Shown here: one piece after another, positions 12,815 to 23,698 of the stretch
How the letters are laid out: every line of letters starts with the position of its first letter
How positions within the stretch are numbered: the stretch's first letter is position 1
Origin: Mobula hypostoma
Taxonomy: Eukaryota
Length of the DNA stretch: 64,000 nt
Reading direction: 5' to 3'
Assembly (NCBI RefSeq): GCF_963921235.1
Contig: NC_086109.1
Location: 23,624,001-23,688,000, forward strand
Made by a program: the position numbers and the translations under genes
Notes under the pieces: generated by a model
The model's database searches: none
The model's input: the letters and a program-made list of their open reading frames with translations, nothing else
Told to the model about the DNA's origin: nothing

Positions 12815-13085
12815 GGCGGCACTGTGATGTAGCGGTTAGCGCAACGCTCTACAGTACAGGCGAGCCGGATACAATTCACGCCGCTACCTGTAAGGAGATT
12901 GTACGTTCTCCCCGTGACCGCTTGAGTTTCCTTCGGGTGCTCCGGTTTCCTCCCAGGTTAATTGGTGATTGTAATTTGTCCCGTGATTAGGCTTGGAGTA
13001 AATCAGGGGATTGCTGGGTGGCGTGATTTGAAGGGCCGGAAGGGACCATTCGGTGCTGTATCTCAATAAGTGAATAAAATAATAA
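12815..13085 (+). mobile_element. tRNA-derived SINE
   Basis: A-box-like TGTAGCGGTTAGC head, core GGTGCTCCGGTTTCCTCCCA, AT-rich tail. Relatives at about 32640, 42790(-), 49290(-), 50425, 57940(-) and 59640. Confidence 0.75.
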
Positions 13086-14039
13086 ATGTTTCATGAATCC
13101 CTAACAGTTTCCTGAACTAACATGATTTCACAATATTCAAAGATCAATATGCAGCCGTATTCCAGATTGGGATGTAGACATTTGGGTGATTTCTCCCATT
13201 AGTCAAGAATGGAAGCCATTCTATTTGATTAGATACGATTGATCATTAATACATAATTGATATTCTCTAATTATTCATCACTCTGCAATTTTTGGAGAAA
13301 TAATCTTGGTGGACTCCATTTTCCATTGGGTAGGAGGTACAGTAGCTGTGGCGGCCAAGCGTATTTAAAGTGGAGGTTAATAGGTTCTTGATTAGTCCGG
13401 ATGTCAAAGATTATGGGGAGAAGGGAGGGGAATGGAGTTGAGAGGGATAATAAATCAGCCATGATGGAATGGCATAGCAGACTGGATGAGCCAAATGGCC
13501 TAATTCTGCATCTATGTCTTGTGGTCTTATAGCTTAAGCCTAGAGTTCCATGGCACTAAGTTCAGGAACAGCTACTTCCCTTCATTCATTTGTCCTTGGG
13601 CCAATCGTTACAACACTAATCACTACATTTTAGCTACCTACCACCAGTTTAATTACTTTGCACTAAAATGGTCTTTTTTGAAATTCTAGTTGTGTTTATT
13701 CTTGTAATTTTTTTTTGGTTTTCCTGTGAATGTTGTTTATCTGTGATGCTGTTGGAAGTCTCTCATTTCACCTGTGCATGGACGTGCTTTACATGTGACC
13801 ATAAACTTGACTTTGACTTCTTCTTGGCAATGAACTCTTCCTGCAGAGCAAATGATTCTGTTTCTTGGAAGAAAAATCTGGACATTCAAGATTCAAGATT
13901 CAAAGGTCATTTATGATCAAAGAATGTAGAATTTGTACACCTTGAAATTTGTCTCCTTCCAGGCAACCACAAAGCAAGAAACTTGAGTAACCCAATTAAA
14001 AAAAACAAAAACCACGGTGCAGAGAAAGAGAGAGAGAAA

Positions 14040-14078
<39 letters not shown>

Positions 14079-14225
14079 TGCACACACTTCGTGCAAACAA
14101 TAGCAGCAAGCCAACAGCTTCCTGAACCAGACTGAGTCCCCGATCGGCTCGCGGAGCTGCTGAAGCCCAAGTCTCGGTCGTCAGTTCCTCACACCTGCGG
14201 GGCAGAAGCACACAGCAGCTGGATC

Positions 14226-14744
14226 TAGGGTTGCCAACTTTCTCTCTCCCAAATAAGGGACAAAAGTAGCAGTCAAATACGGGATACTTGTGTTTACTCC
14301 GAGAAATACTACCATGACCATGAAGCCTTGCACGGGCACCTGTGTGCGCATGTGTGACGTGCCGATTTTTTTCTACAAAGTGGTTTTGGCTTAATCTTCC
14401 CGATTCTGGTAAGTGAAACTACACTGTACATACATTATTTCTACTTTATATAGGCTGTGTATTTATCATATCATTCCTGCTTTTACTATAAGTTAGTGTT
14501 ATTTTAGGTTTTATGTGTTATTTGGTAGGTTATTTTTTGGGTCTGAGAATGCTCAAAAATTTTTCCCATATAAATTATTGGTAATTGTTTCTTCGTTTTA
14601 TGCCATTTTGGCTTACGAACGGTTTCATAGGAACGCTCTACCTTAGCTGGGGAAATACGGGACAAGGGCAGTCCTGTATGGGACAAACCAATTTAGCCCA
14701 ATATACGGGATGTCCTGGCTAATATGGGACAATTGGCGACCCTA
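14226..14744. mobile_element. hAT-superfamily MITE
   Basis: TIRs TAGGGTTGCCAA / TTGGCGACCCTA, perfect 8-bp TSD GCTGGATC (14218-14225, 14745-14752), subterminal AATA(C/A/T)GGGA repeats. Confidence 0.92.
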
Positions 14745-14874
14745 GCTGGATCGGATCACGGCATCGCCGCCGCGGAGAAAGGAACGAACGTTCTCGAGAG
14801 AGCGAGCAAAATCAGCCCGACACTCACCCCTGTACCCGACACTTGGGCTTCCACTCTATCTGTGCCGGTGTTTA

Positions 14875-15760
14875 AACTAAAAATGCTGGAAGGTCAAACC
14901 CAAAAAAAACGGATGATAGGGGAAGAACTGAGTACCCTTAGGGAGAGATCCTTAACCACTGTTTGAGGTCATTGACCCTTCATCAGAACTGTAGAAGTCA
15001 GAAGACAAGTATCCTTCAGATTGCAGAGAGATAGAGATGGGTAAAGTAGAGGAAATGGCTGTGACAAGGTGCAGACCAAAGTCATGGGCATTCTGAGACT
15101 GAAATAAAGAAACAAATTCAAATAGAATGTTTGTAATCTATTACCAATATTACATGAGCACGCACGTTGCACTTTATATCAACCTTCAGGCCATGTGCTA
15201 ATATGAGTTTGTGTCTGTATGTACTGGGCTGTATCTGTATGTGCTGTGTGTGACTCTACATGTGCTGTGTTTAGCACCTTGGCTCTAGAGGAACAATGTT
15301 TCATTTAGCTGCATACATGGGTAAGAGTGAATTACAATGGACCTGCACTTGAGCTTGAAATGGAAAGGTACAGTCATGCCTGTAGAGAGAGAAAATGGTG
15401 CTTATCTGAAATTATTGAATGCAATGCTGAGCTCTGAATTGCAAACAGCATATGAGATATTTCTTTTGAAATCTCACATTGGGCATCATTGGTAGGATGT
15501 GAAGACAGATAGGTCAGAGTGGGAGAGGGATGGAGCATGAAATTGACAAATGATGGATCTCAGGGTCTTCTTTGTGAACCGAACGGAGGTGTTCTGCAAA
15601 GCAATCGCCTAATGGACGCTCGCTTCCCTCGGTGCAGAACAGACCTCTCCCTGAGAGATGAACGCAGTAGACTCAATTTGTGAAAGTGTGAATGAATTGC
15701 TACTTCACCTGGAAGGTGAGAGCAGAGGCACGGGAAGTATCAGGGATGTGATTGAAAGCC
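14875..15760 (-). mobile_element. Old Penelope-like element fragment with a decayed hammerhead
   Basis: Minus strand reads CAGTTCTGATGAAGGGTC at about 14975-14992 and encodes RPLGDCFAEHLRSVH at about 15575-15620. Interrupted by a LINE 3' fragment. Confidence 0.6.
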
Positions 15761-18593
15761 CTGTGAGCTATGGTGGAGGTGAAGTTATGGTTAAGAACAA
15801 AGGGGAAAATATCTTAATGGCCCTGCTGTGGCAAGTCTCGTCATCAGAGCAGATAATTTACACCCCTCTCTCTGTTTGCAGCCCGTAAATAGAATGTATG
15901 CTGTGAGTCACTCTATAAGGTACGTTAAGTTCTTGAAATAAAGACATGTATATAAAAATCCAAACAACTGTTTTGGAATGTTGGCGGTTATTAATTAAAT
16001 CACATTTAGGTTAATGACAGAGAGAGAGAGAGGGAGGGGAGAAAGGCTACAGCTGAATTCTTTCTGAGTACATTTTACTACTAATGAGCTGAAATAATTG
16101 ATTTCATTTTATATGTAAGCTTCATGAAGGTTCCACATTAGATACAAAAATAATTTAAATACCTATCTAGCATGTTTCGTACATCACTTGCAAGTTTACA
16201 GTACATTTCTACCGCATTGCTTCTGGGTTAAGCATTTCACTGAAATACTTATAAATATTTATAAGAATTTTTGCAACAAAAACAATTCTGGGCATTTTCA
16301 CCCACTTCTCATGTTTCTTTCAAAGCAGTTCAGTCTTGTGGTAAAAGTTAACACGGTGATTCAATATTCAATGGCAGGGTCACTAACGTTAGAATGAGAA
16401 ATCCTGCTCCAAACATCAAAATCAGGATTAGAATTAGAATCATGGAAACATAGAAACATAGAAAACTTACAGCACAATACAGGCCCTTCAGCCCACAAAA
16501 CTGTGCCAAATATGACCTTACCTTAGAAATTACCTAAGTTTACCCATAGCCATCTATTTTTCTAAGCTCCGTGTACCTATCCAGGAGTCTCTTAAAAGAC
16601 CCTATCGTTTCTGCTTCCACCACCATCAGATTTATTATGGTTCAACGGTTCAATTTAATATCAGAGAATATATACAGTTTGCAACCTGACATTCTTACTC
16701 TTCACAGACTGCGACGAAACAGAGAAAAACCCCAAAAGAATGAATGACAGAAAATGTTAGAACCTCAATGCCCTCCTCCTCCCCTCCCATGCTCAAGCAG
16801 TAGCAAAAGCATCAACACTCCCCCCTTTCTCCAGCAATACCATCAACACCCCAACCCACCGCGCAAGCAATAGCAAAGCCCCCCCAGAGACCATGATCGA
16901 GAGACCATCAAACCACTGTCCATCTCAACACTTTGACATTTCAGTCAGACTCTCTTTCTCACTAGTGAGGGAGAGAGAAAGATATCGCTCCTGCAAGAGA
17001 GACCAGCAGCTCACTGTTTCAATGTTACAATCGCCACCATCGCTTATTCGAGTTCCCCTGTTGAGTTATCACTGACATATGGTTGTTTGCACTACAGTGC
17101 AAAGACATAAAAACGTATAAATTACAAAAATAAATAATGCAAACAAAACCAATGATAAAGTGGTGTTCATAGGTTCATGAGTTCACTGTAGAGACTTCAG
17201 CACACAGACCTAGGCCAAGACTCCAGTGCAATCCTGTCAATGTATCATTGGAGACGTTGCCTTTCTGTTGAGTCATTACAGTCACACTGTGCGCTCACAG
17301 CACTGGAGCTAAGTGCAGAAGAGTGACAGACTCTGTCTGTCATAGTGGTTGCCGGCACCAACTCAACCCAGGAATGGTGGGCATCAGGCTCACGGCTCGA
17401 CCCTGGAGAGGAGGAACAACAGAATACCCATGAAGAGACGGAAACAAGAGGTCAGGCATAGGAGGGATGACAGAGCACCACGGTGAGATAAGTAATTGTC
17501 TATAACGCAATAGCTAGAGAGCTAACTAGAAACCCCGTTAATGATCATAGAATGAGGGAACCATGTACCAGTTACTACTAACTTGACAAGATTAAACCGA
17601 AAGCAAATGAGCTTAATGGTTCTAGTTAAGATAACCGTTAGTAAGTACAGGTGTTTGAGAAACTAGAAGATCAACGTTCTATGGCAAGCCGTAGAGGACT
17701 GCAAGGCTCATGACACATTACACTGAGATAGACAACTTCTATCCTAAGTAGACATAAAAGATAAAGCAGGGTGGATGAATTCTCCTTGGGGTCCTGGTCT
17801 ATTTTGATCTCCTAGCCACTTGCTCCCAACCCTTAGTCAGCATTACCAAAACTGATTTTCTGTGCATATTACTGTTTGTGGGGGATCTGCAGTATGTGAG
17901 TTGGCTGTAATGCTGACTCCAATGACTAAACTTTCAATGTACTTTGTTGATTGAAATGCTATGGAACATCCTGATTTGCATGTTGAAGTAGGTTTTCATG
18001 ATCAAGATAGTCCTACCAGCTCAGAGGCATATTCCCGGGGGTTCCAACATATGCGTTGCTGCTTGTACCATCCTGTCTCCACTTTCTTACCACTTAAGGT
18101 TCAAAGGTCAAAGTAAATTTATTATCAAAGTACATATATGTCACCATATACTAACCAGATATTCTTTTTCTTGCAGGCATTCACAGTTGAACAAAGAAAC
18201 ACAATAGGATCAATGAAAAACTATGCACATAAAAGACTGAGGAACAACCAATGTGGAAAAGAGGACAAATTGCTTAATTGCAAACAGAAGTAAATAACCA
18301 GTTCTGAGTACGTGAGTTATAGAATCCATAGGTTGTGGAATCAGTCTACCCACCTTCTGTTTGTGGCTCCTCAATTATTCATATCTAGTTGGTTTATCAC
18401 TGGTGAAAAAGTCCTTTTACCCAAGTCCGTTTTTTTAAATATAAGAACATTCAAGGAAAATCACATAAAGTAACATTTTTACTATGACTAATGTCATCTT
18501 TCACCTGCTGTGGTGCCCTTGGGTTCTCTGAAGTTTTGTCCAAAATGATGGGAGCTGTCAGGACAACCCTGAGGGTGTTCAGTCCTCCAAATG

Positions 18594-19891
18594 CAGACAT
18601 CCCACCTCTCCCGGAAGTACTGGGAGTCTCCTGCATATTGATAGCGGTTCCCTGACACCCGCAAATTATACACAATATCCCAGAAATTGATTTTTTTGAG
18701 AGCGAGTGAGCGAGGGGAGGGGGAGAGAGAGAGAGACAGACAGACATAGCGTGAGAGTGACAGAGAGAGCATCCTGATTGGTCTGTCTTTGTGCTAAGTA
18801 GACCTATCAGTTTTCTCTGTGGGTGGGCTTTACAGTCGACCTCTCTCTCTTTCATTGTCCATCAGTTCAGTTTAGTGTCCTGCAGCACCATGGCAGAGTG
18901 TTCCAAAAAAAGAAAATATAAAACATACTTCATCCCAGACTACATATACACATGCTTTCTCCATAATGTCACACAATGTTTTGACAAATTCAATTTGATT
19001 TTTCAAAACAAGGCACCTATCCTCTTCAAGTTGGATCAGAGTGTAGAAGAGCTCCTGCATGACATAGTAAGCAGATTTATTGAGCCAAAGGTATTGAGAG
19101 AACAGAACATTCAGGATATAGATGTGAGCAACCCTGAGATTCACCGCGCAGATGAAGAGCTTTTTACTGGGTACCTGGCAAGGAGGCAGTTGCTAAGCGA
19201 GGAACCACAAGAGATCCTCCCTTACAAGACAAAGCAGTTCTTCAAAGATGCCAGAGCATTCTATGTCAGGTGCTTCCAAAAAATCTTGGAGAATTTCCCA
19301 ATGAGAGACCAAATCTTGAAAAAATCTGTCAGTGGTCAATACAGAGAGCCAAGATGAGGTGAATCCAGAGCAGATTTTGACTTTGGCAGAGAGATTTCCA
19401 AATGTGATCAAGGCAGATACAAGAGAACAGCTCCACTTGGAAGTCCTGGATTATGTCTCAACTAACCTTGAAGAACTGGTGCCAAACTACAGAAGTTTGC
19501 CAGTTGATGAATTCTGGGGGAAGCTGTCCAAAGTAAAATCTGTGAGCACAGGGCAGTTGAGATTCAAAGAGCTCTGCCAGGTGATGAAGCTGCTTTTGGT
19601 GCTGCCAAATTCTAACTGTGATGTAGAAAGGGCATTCAGCATGGTGCATCACATTAAGACAGAATTCAGGAGTCAGCTGTCTCACAAAACACTTGTGAAT
19701 CTGATGTCTTTCAAAATTAACAATTTCATTGACACAGACTGCTATGAGGTTGAGACTTCCAGCAAAATGCTCAAAACTGCCAAGCAAGCCACATCACAGT
19801 ACAAGGAAAGTTTGCAAAAGAAATAGAAAAGATATTTGTATTAGCATTTAGCTATTAGCATTGAGACTGCCAACAAAATACTCAACAAGGA

Positions 19892-19938
<47 letters not shown>

Positions 19939-20112
19939 TGTGTGTAAATAGTTTCAATATGTGATCAAGTAAATTGTTGTTAATAATCAAATGTCCTGTA
20001 TATATACACCCTTGGAGGTTGACCGGGGGAGGGGGGGCGGATATGGGGTTGCGGGGGGCGGGGGTGGTGGTGCTACCTTCCTGAAATGAGTATTTGCAGG
20101 GTGGGATGTCTG
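18594..20112 (+). mobile_element. Internally deleted hAT transposon
   Basis: 13-bp TIRs CAGACATCCCACC / GGTGGGATGTCTG, flanked by CAAATG on both sides. Confidence 0.88.
18890..19826 (+). pseudogene. hAT transposase remnant with C-terminal dimerisation domain and one frameshift
   Basis: ..VDEFWGKL..LLLVLPNSNCDVERAFSMV.. is the hAT C-terminal motif. Two overlapping ORFs join if one A is removed from the A6 run at 19319-19324. Confidence 0.85.
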
Positions 20113-21657
20113 CAAATGCAGGAAGGTCAGGGAGATTAGTTGGCTTACACTCTTCTATATCTGACGTCCATTGAAGGGTCTCGTCCCAAAACATCTAGGC
20201 TGCCTGGCCTTCTGAATTCCTCCAGGATTTTGCATGTGTTGCTTGGATTTCCAGCATTTGCAGATTCCCTCCTGTCTGTGACTGCTCTTTATCTAATGGC
20301 TAAGGTAGCACCTTTTGCCTCAGGTTTCCTGCACAGTGGAACACCTTTTTCAAGCTTTGTTCCAAGTACGGACACTGCCGGTGGTTGGCAAGGTCGGTTC
20401 AAAGGCCCATTGTTCATCGGCAATGTCCTCCAGATTGGCCTCTGAACCTGAGTTCTTCCAAAACTCTGTCACTCATGTCCCAATCAGCAAGGCTCCTGTC
20501 ACCACCAAACCCCACTGTTTGCCAACTTGCAATGGCTCCCAATCTGCCGACACTTTGATGGTAAAATTTACATCTTTCTTTTTCAGTCCCCCCATATTCC
20601 TGCTCTTTCTTTGTAATGTAACATGGTGGAAGCAGTCGGGATGATGAAGAGGGAAACTCTTGCAAGTCCATAGAAAATGAGCTGGGGAGTGGATACAATT
20701 AAGTTCAAAGTTCAAGGTAAATTTATTATCAAGGCAAAAGACAATAAATTGCACAAATACAAAAAAAACTGAGAACATGAATATAATAAACCACAAATAA
20801 GCAATAATAAACACATAAGCAATAAATATCGTGAACATGAGATGAAGAGAACTTGAAAGTGAGCCCATAGACTGTGAGTTCAGTGGGGTGAGTAAAGTTG
20901 AGTGAAGTTATCCCCTCTGGTTCAAGAGCCTGATAATTGAGGGGCAATAGCTTTTCCTGAACCAGGTGGCATGGGTTCTAAGGCTCCTGTATCTTCTTCC
21001 TGATGGCAGTAGTGAGAAGAGAGCATGGCCTGGATGGTGGGGGTCCTTGATAAACGATGATTCTCTTCGGTGACAGCACTCCTTGTAGATGTGCTCAATA
21101 GTGGGAGTGCTTTACCTGTGATTGACAGGGCTGCATCCACTATTTTTTGTAGGCTTTTTCATTGAAGGGCATTGGTATTTCCATACCAGGCCATAATGCA
21201 ACCAGTCAGTATACTGTCCTCTGCGCATCTATAGAAGTTTGTCAAAGTTTTAGATGACACACCGAATCTTCGCAAACTTCTAAGAAAGTAGAGGTACTGC
21301 TGTGCTTTCTTTGTAATGGCACTTACGTACTGGACCCAGAATAGCTCCTCTGAAATGGATCTGAGGAATTTTAAATTATTGATCCTCTCCACCTCTGATC
21401 CCCTGATGACGACTTGGAGCTTATTGATTAGTTTTGATGGGATGATAATATTGAATGCATTTCTGTAATCAATAAAGAGCATCCCAATCAATAAATTCTC
21501 ACTGTTCCAGGGTTGAGTAAAGAGCTAGTGAAATGGCATCTGCTGTTGACCTGTTGCTAAGGCAAACTGGAGTGGGTCCAGGTGGTTCCTCAGGCAGGAG
21601 TTGATATGTTTCATTACTAAGTTGTGGATGTGAGTGGTACTGGATGATGGTTATTGA

Positions 21658-22831
21658 CAAAAACAACAGGAATTCTGCAGATGCTGGAAATTCAAGCAAC
21701 ACACATCAAAGTTGCTGGTGAACGCAGCAGGCCAAGCAGCATCTATAGGAAGAGGCGCAGTCGACATTTCAGGCCGAGACCCTTCGTCAGGACTAACTGA
21801 AGGAAGAGTGAGTAAGGGATTTGAAAGCTGGAGGGGGAGGGGGAGATGCAAAATGATAGGAGAAGACAGGAGGGGGAGGGATAGAGCCGAGAGCTGGACA
21901 GGTGATAGGCAAAAGGGGATACGAGAGGATCATGGGACAGGAGGTCCGGGAAGAAAGACGGGGGGGGGGTGACCCAGAGGATGGGCAAGAGGTATATTCA
22001 GAGGGACAGAGGGAGAAAAAGGAGAGTGAGAGAAAGAATGTGTGCATAAAAATGAGTAACAGATGGGGTACGAGGGGGAGGTGGGGCCTAGCGGAAGTTA
22101 GAGAAGTCAATGTACAGTCCTTCCAGGTGAGGCATCACTTCACCTGTGAGTCGACTGGGGTGATATACTGCGTCCGGTGCTCCCGATGTGGCCTTTTATA
22201 TATTGGTGAGACCCGACGCAGACTGGGAGACCGCTTTGCTGAACATCTACGCTCTGTCCGCCAGAGAAAGCAGGATCTCCCAGTGGCCACACATTTTAAT
22301 TCCATATCCCATTCCCATTCTGACATGTCTATCCACGGCCTCCTCTACTGTAAAGATGAAGCCACACTCAGGTTGGAGGAACAACACCTTATATTCCGTC
22401 TGGGTAGCCTCCAACCTGATGGCATGAACATTGACTTCTCTAATTTCCGCTAGGCCCCACCTCCCCCTCGTACCCCATCTGTTACTCATTTTTATGCACA
22501 CATTCTTTCTCTCACTCTCCTTTTTCTCCCTCTGTCCCTCTGAATATACCTCTTGCCCATCCTCTGGGTCACCCCCCCCGTCTTTCTTCCCGGACCTCCT
22601 GTCCCATGATCCTCTCGTATCCCCTTTTGCCTATCACCTGTCCAGCTCTCGGCTCTATCCCTCCCCCTCCTGTCTTCTCCTATCATTTTGCATCTCCCCC
22701 TCCCCCACCAGCTTTCAAATCCCTTACTCACTCTTCCTTCAGTTAGTCCTGACGAAGGGTCTCGGCCTGAAACGTCGACTGCGCCTCTTCCTATAGATGC
22801 TGCTTGGCCTGCTGCGTTCACCAGCAACTTT
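21658..22831. mobile_element. Penelope-like element: GIY-YIG 3' region plus pLTR, with an inverted arm of about 410 bp
   Basis: GVIYCVRCSRCGLLYIGETRRRLGDRFAEH (GIY-YIG). Arms about 21705-22113 versus 22425-22835. 15-bp TSD GATGATGGTTATTGA at 21643-21657 and 22832-22846. Confidence 0.93.
22745..22780 (+). ncRNA. Minimal type I hammerhead ribozyme (PLE pLTR)
   Basis: AGTC-CTGACGA-A-GGGT(CTCG)GCCT-GAAA-C-GTC^GACT. Stem I is AGTC/GACT; a palindromic ACGT replaces stem III. Confidence 0.85.
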
Positions 22832-22993
22832 GATGATGGTTATTGAGGCAGGTTACCAGGTTCTTCTTGGGAACTGGAATGACTGAAGCCTCCTTCAAAC
22901 AGGTAGGTGCCTCAGACTGCCAAAGTGAGAGGTTAAAGATATCAATGAATACTCCAGCCAATTGATCAGCACAGACCTTCAGTACTTACCCAG

Positions 22994-23698
22994 CCTTCTA
23001 TATATTGGCGAGACCCGACGCAGACTGGGAGATCGTTTTGCTGAACACCTACGCTCTGTCCGCCAGAGAAAGCAGGATCTCCCAGTGGCAACACATTTTA
23101 ATTGCACATCCCATTCCCATCCTGACATGTCTATCCACGGCCTCCTCTACTGTAAAGATGAAGCCACACTCAGGTTGGAGGAACAACACCTTATATTCCG
23201 TCTGGGTAGCCTCCAACCTGATGGCATGAACATCGATTTCTCTAACTTCAGCTAATGCCCCACCTCCCCCTTGTACCCCATCTGTTATTTATTTTTATAC
23301 ACACATTCTTTCTCTCACTCTCCTTTTTCTCCCTCTGTCCCTCTGACTATACCCCTTGCCCATCCTCTGGGTTCCCCCCCCACCCCCCACTTTTCCTTCT
23401 CCCTGGGCCTCCTGTCCCATGATCCTCTCATATCCCTTTTGCCAATCACCTGTCCAGCTTTTGGCTCCATCCCTCCCCCTCCTGTCTTCTCCTATCATTT
23501 TGGATCTCCCCCTCCCCCTCCCACTTTCAAATCTCTTACTAACTCTTCCTTCAGTTAGTCCTGACGAAGGGTCTCGGCCTGAAACGTCGACTGTACCTCT
23601 TCCTAGAGATGCTGCCTGACCTGCTACGTTCACCAGCAACTTTGACGTGTGTTGCTTGAATTTCCAGCATCTGCAGAATTCTTTGTGTTTGCGTTTTT
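22994..23698 (+). mobile_element. 5'-truncated Penelope-like element
   Basis: LLYIGETRRRLGDRFAEHLRSV..LGSLQPDGMNIDF followed by a complete pLTR. Confidence 0.9.
23557..23592 (+). ncRNA. Minimal type I hammerhead ribozyme (PLE pLTR)
   Basis: Identical core to 22745-22780; predicted cleavage after 23588. Confidence 0.85.

Noticed and set aside
17338..17715. Possible solo LTR (TGTCAT...ATGACA ends)
   Set aside because: No matching 4-6 bp TSD, no PBS or PPT, and no second copy in the window.
21902..22453. 183-aa ORF as a novel gene
   Set aside because: A chance fusion of an antisense pLTR arm to the PLE GIY-YIG C-terminus at the inversion junction.
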